Shown here: piece by piece, positions 40,740-49,599 of the stretch | Layout of the letters: each line of letters starts with the position of its first letter | Numbering within the stretch: position 1 is the first letter of the stretch | Source of the DNA: Abditibacteriaceae bacterium | Lineage (GTDB): Bacteria; Armatimonadota; Abditibacteriia; Abditibacteriales; Abditibacteriaceae | Direction: 5' to 3' | DNA: 64,000 nt | Assembly (NCBI GenBank): GCA_965277285.1 | Contig: OZ255721.1 | Coordinates: 2,368,001 to 2,432,000 of the forward strand | Translations under genes and position numbers: made by a program | The notes under the pieces: generated by a model | What the model saw: only the letters and a program-made list of their open reading frames with translations | The model's database searches: none | What the model was told of the DNA's origin: nothing

Positions 40740-41213
40740 ATGCCTGCCGATCTTTCGCCGTCCGCGCACTTATTGAGCTTGATTACAGCCGCCGTGACGC
40801 CGATTGTGTTGATTTCGGCGACGGCGATTTTGCTGTCGAATCACACCAATAAATACACCAACATTTCGACGCAGATGCGCGCTCTGACGCACGAATACCG
40901 CGATAAGGACACAACCAAGGAGCGACGCGCGACATTGCGCCGCCAACTGAACTTTTATCAGCGCCGCATTCATTTGATGTGGATCGCCAGCATTTGCCTT
41001 TATGCCGCGTTGCTCTGTTTCCTCATCACTGTCTTGTCACTGCTGGCGATTTCCGCCGCCAATGTAGTGCGCGCTGATGTGGTCGGCGAATTCGGCTTGT
41101 GTTTAGGATTGTTGCTGATTTTCGCAACCGTCGTTTGCGAACTGATTGAAGTGCGGCTGGCTCTGCATACTTCGCAGGAAGAATTGCTCGATATTTTGAC
41201 AGAAGGCCGGTAA
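40740..41213 (+). CDS. DUF2721 family membrane protein
   Basis: AAVTPIVLISA.A..L, RR..L, E..LA patterns; 3 TM segments. Confidence 0.75.
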   Translation: MPADLSPSAHLLSLITAAVTPIVLISATAILLSNHTNKYTNISTQMRALTHEYRDKDTTKERRATLRRQLNFYQRRIHLMWIASICLYAALLCFLITVLSLLAISAANVVRADVVGEFGLCLGLLLIFATVVCELIEVRLALHTSQEELLDILTEGR

Positions 41214-41252
41214 AGAACCTACAATGCAGGAAGTTCTCAGTTCAGGAGGCAT

Positions 41253-41964
41253 TATGCCCGATAATTCGCCGTTTACGTCCTCGTCGTTCCTTCCTGCTTC
41301 ACCCCTTGCGCCTGTTTCGCCACCTACGACTGGTGTTGCCACACCATCGCCGCTTTCGAGTACTGGATATGAGGCTGCGCCAGTAACTCCCACCAATCCG
41401 AACGGCGCGACTTCGTGGGGCGCCGACGCGCTTTCCGTGGCGAACGCGCCACCGGCTTCAACTGCGATGCCAACAAGCGGCAACGTGGTTCAGTTGGCAT
41501 TGGCGCGCAATTCCGGTGCAAAATGGTTTTACTGGATCGCGGCGTTATCGCTCATCAACTCGCTTTTAATGAGTTTCGGCGCCGATTTTTCCTTTGGCTT
41601 GGGATTAGGTTCGACGCTTTTGGTGGACGCAGTAGCCAAAGACCTCATCACCAAGCAGCCATCGTTGGCATCAGGCGCGCGCTTGATGGAAGTGGTTCTC
41701 GATTTTCTCATCATCGGCTGCTTTGCGCTGTTTGGCAGCCAAGCGTTGCGCGGCAAAAAGTGGGCGTTCATTTGTGGCGGTTTGCTGCTGGCGCTCGATA
41801 CCTTGCTGGTACTGATTTCCACCTTATGGTTCAGCGTAGCGATTCACATTTGGGCGCTGATCGCCATTTATGCGGGCTACACCGCCAACCAGAAAATCAA
41901 TGCGCAGATCGCCGCGAAAGCTAATCCACACGACGCATGGACGCCGCCCTTGCCTAATCCGTAA
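41253..41964 (+). CDS. Hypothetical membrane protein
   Basis: Pro/Thr-rich N-terminus then GAKWFYWIAALSLINS and further TM helices. Confidence 0.7.
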
Positions 41965-41997
41965 TTACATTCTCATTCAGGACTCGATTTTTCTCTT

Positions 41998-42906
41998 ATG
42001 AAACTTACACAATTTCCCATCGCCCTGGGCTGCATGGGCTTGACCGGAACCTGGAACCCTGCCGACATGAACGCCGAGCGCGAAAAGCGCGCGATTACGG
42101 CGTTTGAAGCCGCACTCGAAGCGGGCATCACCTTTTTCGATCACGCCGATATTTACGGCGGCGGAAGCTGCGAAGAAGTTTTCAAAAAATGTCTGGAGGC
42201 TGTTCCTGGCTCGCGCGAACGAATTCAAATCGCCACCAAAGGCACGATTGGCGGCGGAATGTATAACGCCTCAGAAGACAATCTGAACGCCTGCATCGAA
42301 CGCTCTTTGCGGCGCATGGGCATCGAACACATCGACTTATATCAAGTGCATCGCCCCGATCCGTTCACGCATCCACGCGAAACCGCTCGAGTACTCGATA
42401 ACGCGTTGAAGTCTGGCAAAATTGGCGCGATTGGCGTTTCAAACTATTATCCCGAGCAAGTGCGCGCCTTGCAAACTTATCTCGAGGCGCCGATTGTGTC
42501 GAACCAGATCGCCATCAGTTTGGAGCGACTTGACCCGATTTACGAAGGCTGGGACATCGGCAACGGTACGGTCGGCGATGGAACGCTCGATCAGTGCATG
42601 GCGCTGGAAATGACGCCATTGGCGTATAGTCCTCTGGGCGGAGGAAAGCTGGCGCGCGGCGAAGCGAACACGCCCAAGCAGAAGTGGATGCAAAAAACCT
42701 TGAGCGAAATCGCGGAGAAAACCAGTCACACGCCGGTTCAAGTCGCGCTGTCGTGGCTGATGTCGCATCCTTCGGAAATCGTTCCGCTCGTCGGCAGCGC
42801 GAATCCAAAGCACATTCACGAAGCGGCAGGTGCTGCTGATTTACGGTTGACGCGCGAAGATTGGTACGCTTTGTGGACAGCCGCCTGGGGCCGCAACGTG
42901 CCGTAA
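41998..42906 (+). CDS. Aldo/keto reductase (YdhF-like)
   Basis: FDHADIYG, IDLYQVHRPD, GKIGAIGVSN, YSPLGGG. Confidence 0.92.
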   Translation: MKLTQFPIALGCMGLTGTWNPADMNAEREKRAITAFEAALEAGITFFDHADIYGGGSCEEVFKKCLEAVPGSRERIQIATKGTIGGGMYNASEDNLNACIERSLRRMGIEHIDLYQVHRPDPFTHPRETARVLDNALKSGKIGAIGVSNYYPEQVRALQTYLEAPIVSNQIAISLERLDPIYEGWDIGNGTVGDGTLDQCMALEMTPLAYSPLGGGKLARGEANTPKQKWMQKTLSEIAEKTSHTPVQVALSWLMSHPSEIVPLVGSANPKHIHEAAGAADLRLTREDWYALWTAAWGRNVP

Positions 42907-42919
42907 TTTATCACGCATC

Positions 42920-42947
42920 GTAGGGGCGAGGTACGCCTCGCCCCTAC
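42920..42947. repeat. GTAG-family REP
   Basis: GTAGGGGCGAGG-TACG-CCTCGCCCCTAC. Confidence 0.8.
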
Positions 42948-43045
42948 TTACACGAACATAACGCGAGACTTTCGTCGAAGGTGGACGAGGCACGCCGCGC
43001 CAATGAGGCGCAGATGATTATTCAGACGATAATTTCGAGTACTCG

Positions 43046-43651
43046 ATGAGCGAACAAAACACTGACAACGAAGCTGGAGCGGCGACAGTAACCAGCGGCA
43101 GTGCGGGTTTGGAAGTCGCGGGAGAGCCGGGCGTTTACTGGTGCGCGCGACATCGCCGGGTCAAAACGCGTTTGCGTTGTGGTCGCTGCGAAACGCCGAT
43201 TTGCCCTAAATGCACGATTTACGGCCCGACAGGTGCGCGTTGCCGTAACTGCGCGTCTTATCGCGGCACGCATCTTTACAAAATTAGTCCGCTGCAATTG
43301 TTGATGACGTTTGCGCTATCGGCAATATTGGGAATTGTCGGCTCGCTCGTCATCCAATGGATTTTTCTGCTACTTTTCTTCGCTCCTGCGCTGGGCGGCG
43401 GGTTGGGAAATCTCATCACGCGTGTCACGGGCGGCAAGCGTGGGCCAGTCATTGCGAGCGCGGCTTCGGCAGGCATTGCGACAGGAACCGCAGCAATTTT
43501 CGCGTGGCGCTGGATGTCACTGCAAAATTCCTGGCAAAGAGCACACGTCCCCGCAACAGACATGATCTTGATGCTGAGCAGTTCCGGCGCGTTTTATCTT
43601 TTGATATTTCTGGTGCTGGCTATCGCTGGCGTATGGTATTGGCTACGCTAA
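43046..43651 (+). CDS. B-box-type zinc finger membrane protein
   Basis: CARH...LRCGRCETPICPKC...GARCRNC then TM helices. Confidence 0.8.
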   Translation: MSEQNTDNEAGAATVTSGSAGLEVAGEPGVYWCARHRRVKTRLRCGRCETPICPKCTIYGPTGARCRNCASYRGTHLYKISPLQLLMTFALSAILGIVGSLVIQWIFLLLFFAPALGGGLGNLITRVTGGKRGPVIASAASAGIATGTAAIFAWRWMSLQNSWQRAHVPATDMILMLSSSGAFYLLIFLVLAIAGVWYWLR

Positions 43652-43808
43652 ATGGAGATGTAGAACAGAAAAAGATCTTCCAAAATCTTCGCCTTGGCCT
43701 TCTGATTTCACGCGAAAACTATCCTTCTTTTCTTTATTTTAATGGCGCGCCGCGAATCGAGTACTCGATGCACTCGTCGCGGCGCTTTGTTTGACTTTTC
43801 ACGTTTTC

Positions 43809-44513
43809 ATGTTTCCTCTTCGACCGATGCACCAGCCGCAACGCCCAGCGCTCATCACGCGGCTGTTGATGGTGCTTAACGTTCTGGTCTTCATTGCTCA
43901 ATACTTGCCGGGTTTCTTGGGAAATTGGTCGCGGCAATTGTATATCAGCGGCGGCGCTGTTCCGCACTGCTATTTTTCGCCGAGTTCGTGCGGCATCCAG
44001 AGCATTCAAGCGGGCGCGTTATGGAAACCGCTGCTTTTTTCGATGTTTTTGCACGCGGGCATTTTGCATCTCGTCTTTAATATGTTGTTTTTATCAGTTT
44101 TTGGCGCCGGGCTGGAAGAGAAAATCGGCAAGTTGCGCTTTCTATTGTTCTATTTAGCTTGCGGAATCGTGGCGGCGACGGCGCATATTATCACGCATCC
44201 GTTTTCCAATGCGACTTTGATCGGTGCCAGCGGCGCCATTGCAGGAATCTTGGGCGCGTATCTGGTTTTGCTGCCACGCTCGTGGATTTTGACGTATTTT
44301 CCGCCGATTTTTCTGTTTCCCCTGCCCGCACCTTTGTTCTTGTTGTTATGGATCGCCTTCCAAATTGCGGCGCAGTTCTTTCCCCTCTTGCATCGAGTAC
44401 TCGAAGGCGGTTCTTCGGGTTCCTCCAACGATGTCGCATGGATGGCGCACATCGGCGGCTTTACTTGTGGCGTGTTGTGGGCATGGCAAAGTCGAGAAAA
44501 GAAGAAGCGGTGA
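43809..44513 (+). CDS. Rhomboid intramembrane serine protease
   Basis: MFLH...H...NM, GASG, AHIGG. Confidence 0.92.
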   Translation: MFPLRPMHQPQRPALITRLLMVLNVLVFIAQYLPGFLGNWSRQLYISGGAVPHCYFSPSSCGIQSIQAGALWKPLLFSMFLHAGILHLVFNMLFLSVFGAGLEEKIGKLRFLLFYLACGIVAATAHIITHPFSNATLIGASGAIAGILGAYLVLLPRSWILTYFPPIFLFPLPAPLFLLLWIAFQIAAQFFPLLHRVLEGGSSGSSNDVAWMAHIGGFTCGVLWAWQSREKKKR

Positions 44514-44543
44514 GGGTTTTCCGTCGCCAGGTAAAACGCCAAA

Positions 44544-44596
44544 CAGCCCACCGCTAAAGCAGTGGGCTGAATTGAAAAGCCCCATAAATGGGACTC
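44544..44596. repeat. Paired short hairpins between convergent genes (REP/terminator-like)
   Basis: CAGCCCACCGC-TAAA-GCAGTGGGCTG followed by CCCAT-AA-ATGGG. Confidence 0.55.
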
Positions 44597-44720
44597 TTGA
44601 TACTTGCATTATTCCGTTGTCATTACAGCCGCTTTCATTGTCTTGTTCATTCAACCCACGCGTTCATACTGGGCAACTTCAAACTTGCACCACGCGCAAA
44701 AGACACGTTGTCTCCGAATT

Positions 44721-45716
44721 TCATGCAGCGCTAAGTTTTTTGCGCGGTGCCGAAAAGCTCGACAGCACTCTTTGCAGCAGCAAGAATACCAGCACCAGGA
44801 CTCCGACTGCGATGCTTGTCCACCACGAATTGAGCGTGCCTTGAAAAGTGATCAAGGTTTGAATCAATCCTAAAATCAAGACGCCCATCGCTGTGCCGCC
44901 GACCGAACCGACGCCGCCCGTCAGCAACGTGCCGCCAATAACAACGGCGGCAATGGCTTGCAATTCGAAGCCGACGCTCGCCGCAGGATCGCCGGAGCCG
45001 GTGTAAATCGAGTACAAAATACCGGCCATTGCGGAAAACAAACCCGACAAAACATAAATGCTGATTTTGGTGCGCGCGACCGGCAAGCCCATCATGCGCG
45101 CCGATTCTTCATCGCCGCCAATGGCATAAATGGCGCGGCCAAAACGCGTGCGTCCCAACATCCATGCGGTTGCGGCAAACAAAATCAGGCAGCAAATAGC
45201 CACAAAAGGTAGCGATAAGCCGCCGCCAACCGGCACGTTAAGATTTTGCGAAAGCGTTTCTGTATAGAACGGATCTTTCAAACTCAAGGATTCCGGTTCG
45301 AGCACAAACGCCATTGAGCGCGCGAAGAACATTCCAGCCAATGTCACCAAGAACGGCGGCAGCTTGAAACTTTGAATCAAAACGCCCATTAGGCCACCGA
45401 AACCAGCGCCAATCAGCAATGCCAAGACAATCGCTACTATCGGAGACGTATGATGATGTTCCACCATCGAGGCAATAAAAGTGCTGATAAATGCCACAAC
45501 CGCGCCAACCGATAAGTCGATGCCGCCCGATAAAATGACAATGGTCGCGCCAATCGCGGCCACGCCCAAAAATGCGTTATCGCCCAATAAGTTGACGATC
45601 ACCCGCTCGGAAGCGAAGTTGCGATAATTCAAGCATCCTGCCAAGTACAGCGTGAACATCACGGCAGCTGTCGCCAGAAGGGGAACCATCTGCGACGAAA
45701 TGCGCGGCTTTTTCAT
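44721..45716 (-). CDS. yjfF: Galactofuranose-type ABC transporter permease
   Basis: GGIDLSVG, PPFLVTLAGMFFAR, YAIGG.EESA, IAAVVIGGT. Confidence 0.85.
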   Translation of the reverse strand: MKKPRISSQMVPLLATAAVMFTLYLAGCLNYRNFASERVIVNLLGDNAFLGVAAIGATIVILSGGIDLSVGAVVAFISTFIASMVEHHHTSPIVAIVLALLIGAGFGGLMGVLIQSFKLPPFLVTLAGMFFARSMAFVLEPESLSLKDPFYTETLSQNLNVPVGGGLSLPFVAICCLILFAATAWMLGRTRFGRAIYAIGGDEESARMMGLPVARTKISIYVLSGLFSAMAGILYSIYTGSGDPAASVGFELQAIAAVVIGGTLLTGGVGSVGGTAMGVLILGLIQTLITFQGTLNSWWTSIAVGVLVLVFLLLQRVLSSFSAPRKKLSAA

Positions 45717-46753
45717 GCCGACCTCCTTTTCGTCAGGCCAACGACGCGGGCGCGGAAAGTTTCCGATTGCAGCAGGCAAACCAGGATAATCATAATCGCT
45801 TTGGGCAGCGGCGCGATGTTAGGACTGACATTGCGCATATACATCGTTGTCGTCAAAGTTTGAATCAGCAGCGCGCCGATGATGGCGCCGGTCAGCGAAA
45901 AGCGCCCGCCCGTCAAAGCCGTTCCACCCACAACAGCTGCTAAAATGGCGTCCAATTCCAAGTTAAGTCCAATGTTGTTGGCGTCGGCGCCCCCGATATT
46001 GGCGGCGGCGACAACGCCCGCCAGAGCCGCGCAAAATCCCACAAAAACATACACCATCAATTTGATTTGACCTGAATTCAGACCTGCATAACGGCTGGCG
46101 ACTTCGTTGTCACCAACGGCTTCGACGAATAATCCAATCGCCGTGCGACGCGTTAATAGTGAGGTCAGCGCGAAAGTCACAAGCGCCAGAACAACCGGAA
46201 AAGGCAAACCTAACACAGAACCATTGCCCAAAAAAACCAACGACGGCTGCGAAAAATTAACGATTTGGCCCCCCGTTACCAATTGCGCGATGCCACGTCC
46301 AGCCACCATTAAGACCAGCGTCGCAACAATGGGCTGCAGCTTAAAAATGCCCACCAAAACGCCATTCCACGTTCCCGCGATCAAACCGCACAGGAGTGCT
46401 GCACCAACCGCGACAAACACGTTATGGTTCTGGATCAAGACAGCGGCGACGGCTCCGGCAATCGCCATCACGGCGCCAACTGACAAATCGACGCCGCCCG
46501 TTGCGATCACCAGCGACATTCCCAGCGACAGCAACATCACCTGCGAACCGCGCAGCAAAATATCGACGGGCACGCCATAAAGGTGGCCGGTGCGCCATTC
46601 CAGATGAAAAAACCCGCGTGTGAAGAAAAGGTTGAACAACAATAAAACGGCCAGCGAGATGACGGGCCAGGCTAAAGTGGTTGGCGTAAAGCCGCGCCGT
46701 CCCGTTTTGGTCGACTCGGGTGCGCCGTCCAAAGTTTGCGCGCCATTAGACAT
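45713..46753 (-). CDS. ytfT: Galactofuranose-type ABC transporter permease
   Basis: ATGGVDLSVG, QPIVATLVLMVAGRGIAQ, ELDAILA. Confidence 0.85.
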   Translation of the reverse strand: MSNGAQTLDGAPESTKTGRRGFTPTTLAWPVISLAVLLLFNLFFTRGFFHLEWRTGHLYGVPVDILLRGSQVMLLSLGMSLVIATGGVDLSVGAVMAIAGAVAAVLIQNHNVFVAVGAALLCGLIAGTWNGVLVGIFKLQPIVATLVLMVAGRGIAQLVTGGQIVNFSQPSLVFLGNGSVLGLPFPVVLALVTFALTSLLTRRTAIGLFVEAVGDNEVASRYAGLNSGQIKLMVYVFVGFCAALAGVVAAANIGGADANNIGLNLELDAILAAVVGGTALTGGRFSLTGAIIGALLIQTLTTTMYMRNVSPNIAPLPKAIMIILVCLLQSETFRARVVGLTKRRSA

Positions 46754-48317
46754 GGGAAGCCTCTTCTTTCGTCGTTTGTCCGACAAGGGATTGTCCAGCG
46801 ACGGATTGTCCGGCAATCGTTTGCATGATGGCCGCCTCGGTCAATCGAGTACTCGAAAGCTCGCCGACAGGCACGCGGTCGCGCAAAACCAGAACCTTAT
46901 CGCAGGTGCGCACCACTTCTTCCAATTCCGAGGAAATGAACAAGACCGCCAACCCTTGCTCGCGTAACGAAGCGATCAATTTTTCGATTTCAGCTTTGGC
47001 GCCGATGTCGATGCCGCGTGTCGGCTCGTCCAAAATCAGCAAGCGCGGCTGATTGGCCAGCCAGCGACCCAGCAACACTTTTTGCTGGTTGCCACCGGAT
47101 AGCAGGCGCACCGGTTGTTCGGCGTGTGGCGTTTTGATGCGTAGCGCCTTAATGAAGCGGTCAGCAATTTCGTTTTGCTCGCGGCGGCTCAGGTTGCGCC
47201 ACAAACCGCGACTGCCCTGCAACGCCAGCACGATATTTTCGCGCACCGAAAGATGCGGAATAATACCTTCGACTTTGCGATTTTCAGGAGTGAAAGCGAA
47301 ACCTGCGTCAATCGCCTGCCGCGGCGAGCGCAACGAGACTTTGCGCCCATCGACCGTAATTTCACCACTGTCCGAACGATCGATGCCGAACAGTAAACGC
47401 GCCACTTCGGTGCGGCCAGAACCCAGCAAACCCGCCAATCCGACGATTTCGCCGCGCCCAATTTCCAGATTGAATGGCGTCATCGTGCCAGAGCGCGACA
47501 AGCCTTGTGCCGCAACAAAAGGCGAGAAAAATTGCGTCGCGCCAGCTTTTTTGCGGGCGGGCGCATCTTCCGGCTCGCTTTCCAGGTCGCGCCCGATCAT
47601 GGCCGAAACCAAAGACGTCCGCGGCAACTGCGCCGTTTCGTATTCGCCGACCAGATGTCCATCGCGCAAAACCGTGATGCGGTCGCAAATCGCATAGACC
47701 TGATCAAGGAAGTGCGTCACGAAGACAATACCCAGACCGTCCTCGCGCAGCTTGCGCAACACAACGAACAATTCTTCGACTTCGCCTTCATCAAGCGAAG
47801 CGGTCGGCTCGTCCAAAATCAGCAGCTTTGCGTCCACCTCGAGCGCGCGCGCGATGGCGACCATGTGCTGCACCGCGACAGAATAGGACGCCAGTTCTCG
47901 CGTCACATCAATGCTGATGTCTAAGCGTTCGAGCGCCGCTTGCGCGCGACGGCGAATTTCCTTCCATCGAATCGCGCCCAGCCGCGTCGTTTCGCGTCCC
48001 AGGCAAATATTTTCAGCGACTGACAAGCGCGGAATCAGGTTGACTTCCTGATAAACCGTGGATAGCCCCAAGTTTTCCGCTTCGCGCGGCGAAGCAGGCG
48101 TAATTGATCGACCCGCGAAAAAGACTTCGCCACCTTCGCGCGCGTAAACACCCGTAATCGCCTTGATTAAGGTGCTTTTGCCAGCGCCGTTTTCGCCCAT
48201 TAAAGCATGAACTTCGCCGCTGCGAACGGTGAAATCGACGCCGTCCAAAGCTTTGACACCAGGAAAACCTTTGATGAGACCGCGCACTTCCAACAAGGCG
48301 TTTGTGTCGTTTTGCAT
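46746..48317 (-). CDS. ytfR: Sugar ABC transporter ATP-binding protein (two NBDs)
   Basis: GENGAGKS, ILDEPT, LSGGNQQK. Confidence 0.88.
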   Translation of the reverse strand: MQNDTNALLEVRGLIKGFPGVKALDGVDFTVRSGEVHALMGENGAGKSTLIKAITGVYAREGGEVFFAGRSITPASPREAENLGLSTVYQEVNLIPRLSVAENICLGRETTRLGAIRWKEIRRRAQAALERLDISIDVTRELASYSVAVQHMVAIARALEVDAKLLILDEPTASLDEGEVEELFVVLRKLREDGLGIVFVTHFLDQVYAICDRITVLRDGHLVGEYETAQLPRTSLVSAMIGRDLESEPEDAPARKKAGATQFFSPFVAAQGLSRSGTMTPFNLEIGRGEIVGLAGLLGSGRTEVARLLFGIDRSDSGEITVDGRKVSLRSPRQAIDAGFAFTPENRKVEGIIPHLSVRENIVLALQGSRGLWRNLSRREQNEIADRFIKALRIKTPHAEQPVRLLSGGNQQKVLLGRWLANQPRLLILDEPTRGIDIGAKAEIEKLIASLREQGLAVLFISSELEEVVRTCDKVLVLRDRVPVGELSSTRLTEAAIMQTIAGQSVAGQSLVGQTTKEEASHV

Positions 48318-48339
48318 AAGCTATCCAAGAAGTTTTCGC

Positions 48340-48398
48340 GCGTATTTAGTCGCTTATCGAGTACTCGAATCGAGTATTCGATAAGCGACTAAATACGC
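48340..48398. repeat. Near-perfect 59-bp palindrome built on two tandem iterated-palindrome copies
   Basis: GCGTATTTAGTCGCTTA-TCGAGTACTCGA-A-TCGAGTATTCGA-TAAGCGACTAAATACGC. Confidence 0.92.
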
Positions 48399-48433
48399 AT
48401 TGTCTTCTGAGTTCTCAAAGCCTGCCTGCGTTC

Positions 48434-49465
48434 TTAATACTTGCGGCTGGGAAGCGCCGCTTTCGCATTGGTCTGGTCGAAAACCGTTTCTTTAGGCGCG
48501 ATATGCTTGTCCACAGTTTTGCCAGCTTTGAGCGACGTCGCGGCATCGAACAAATCTGGCCCGAGCAGGGGGTTACATTCGACCACACAATTGTTTTTGC
48601 CGGCGACTAACGCTTCGAGCGCGTCCTTAATGCCGTCCATCGAAACAATTTTGATATCTGTTCCGGGCTTGCCACCCGATTCTTCAATCGCTTGAATCGC
48701 GCCCATCGCCATATCATCGTTGTGTGCAAAAACTGCTGTAATCGACTTGCCATCCGGGCTTTTGAGGAACGATTCCATGACCTCTTTGCCTTTGGAACGC
48801 GAAAAATCACCGCTTTGCGACTTGATGACTTTCATGTTCGGATACTGCTTGATGATTTCCAGAAAACCTTTCTGGCGATCAATCGCAGGCGCAGCGCCTG
48901 GAGTTCCCTGCAATTCAGCGATAGTGGCTTTGCCGCCCGTATCCTTGGCCAGAAAACGTCCGGCGCGGCGCCCTTCCTCAACGAAGTCGGAGCCGATAAA
49001 TGTCGCGTACAACGAAGGATCGCTGACATCAACGTTACGGTCGGTCAAGATAACCGGAATCTTGGCGGCTTTCGCTTCACGCAGAACCGGTTCCCAACCC
49101 GTTGAGACCTTGGGAGCCAGCGCGATCACGTCAACGCCCTGCGCTATAAACGAACGAATCGCCTTGATCTGGTTTTCCTGTTTTCCCTGCGCATCAGAAA
49201 ACTTCAGATTGACGCCACGTTTGGCCGCTTCGTCTTTAATTGATTGCGTTTCAGCCGTGCGCCACGCGCTTTCTGCACCGATCTGCGAAAAACCGACCGT
49301 CATCGACGATGCGCCCGCACTCGAAGCACCAGTGCTGCCATTCGTGGGCGTCGTCGTATCTGCGCCACCGCCGCCTTTATTGCCGCACGAAGCCAATAAT
49401 GCGCTCGTTGCAAAAAATGCCGCGCAACCCGTCAAGGTGCGCCAATTCATTTGTGTCGTTCTCAT
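48434..49465 (-). CDS. ytfQ: Galactofuranose-type ABC substrate-binding lipoprotein
   Basis: Lipobox LASC; VGFSQIGAESAWRTAET, KQENQIKAIRSFIAQGVD. Confidence 0.88.
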   Translation of the reverse strand: MRTTQMNWRTLTGCAAFFATSALLASCGNKGGGGADTTTPTNGSTGASSAGASSMTVGFSQIGAESAWRTAETQSIKDEAAKRGVNLKFSDAQGKQENQIKAIRSFIAQGVDVIALAPKVSTGWEPVLREAKAAKIPVILTDRNVDVSDPSLYATFIGSDFVEEGRRAGRFLAKDTGGKATIAELQGTPGAAPAIDRQKGFLEIIKQYPNMKVIKSQSGDFSRSKGKEVMESFLKSPDGKSITAVFAHNDDMAMGAIQAIEESGGKPGTDIKIVSMDGIKDALEALVAGKNNCVVECNPLLGPDLFDAATSLKAGKTVDKHIAPKETVFDQTNAKAALPSRKY

Positions 49466-49599
49466 TCGTTTCTCCTTGGTTTCATTTACAACTTACGGCT
49501 TTATGAGTGCGGCAAATAACGTTGCTTTCGCCGCTTATCGAGTACTCGAATCAAGCGTTCGATGGGCGATTTCGCATATGTTTTTGTGTCGCGCAGTGA

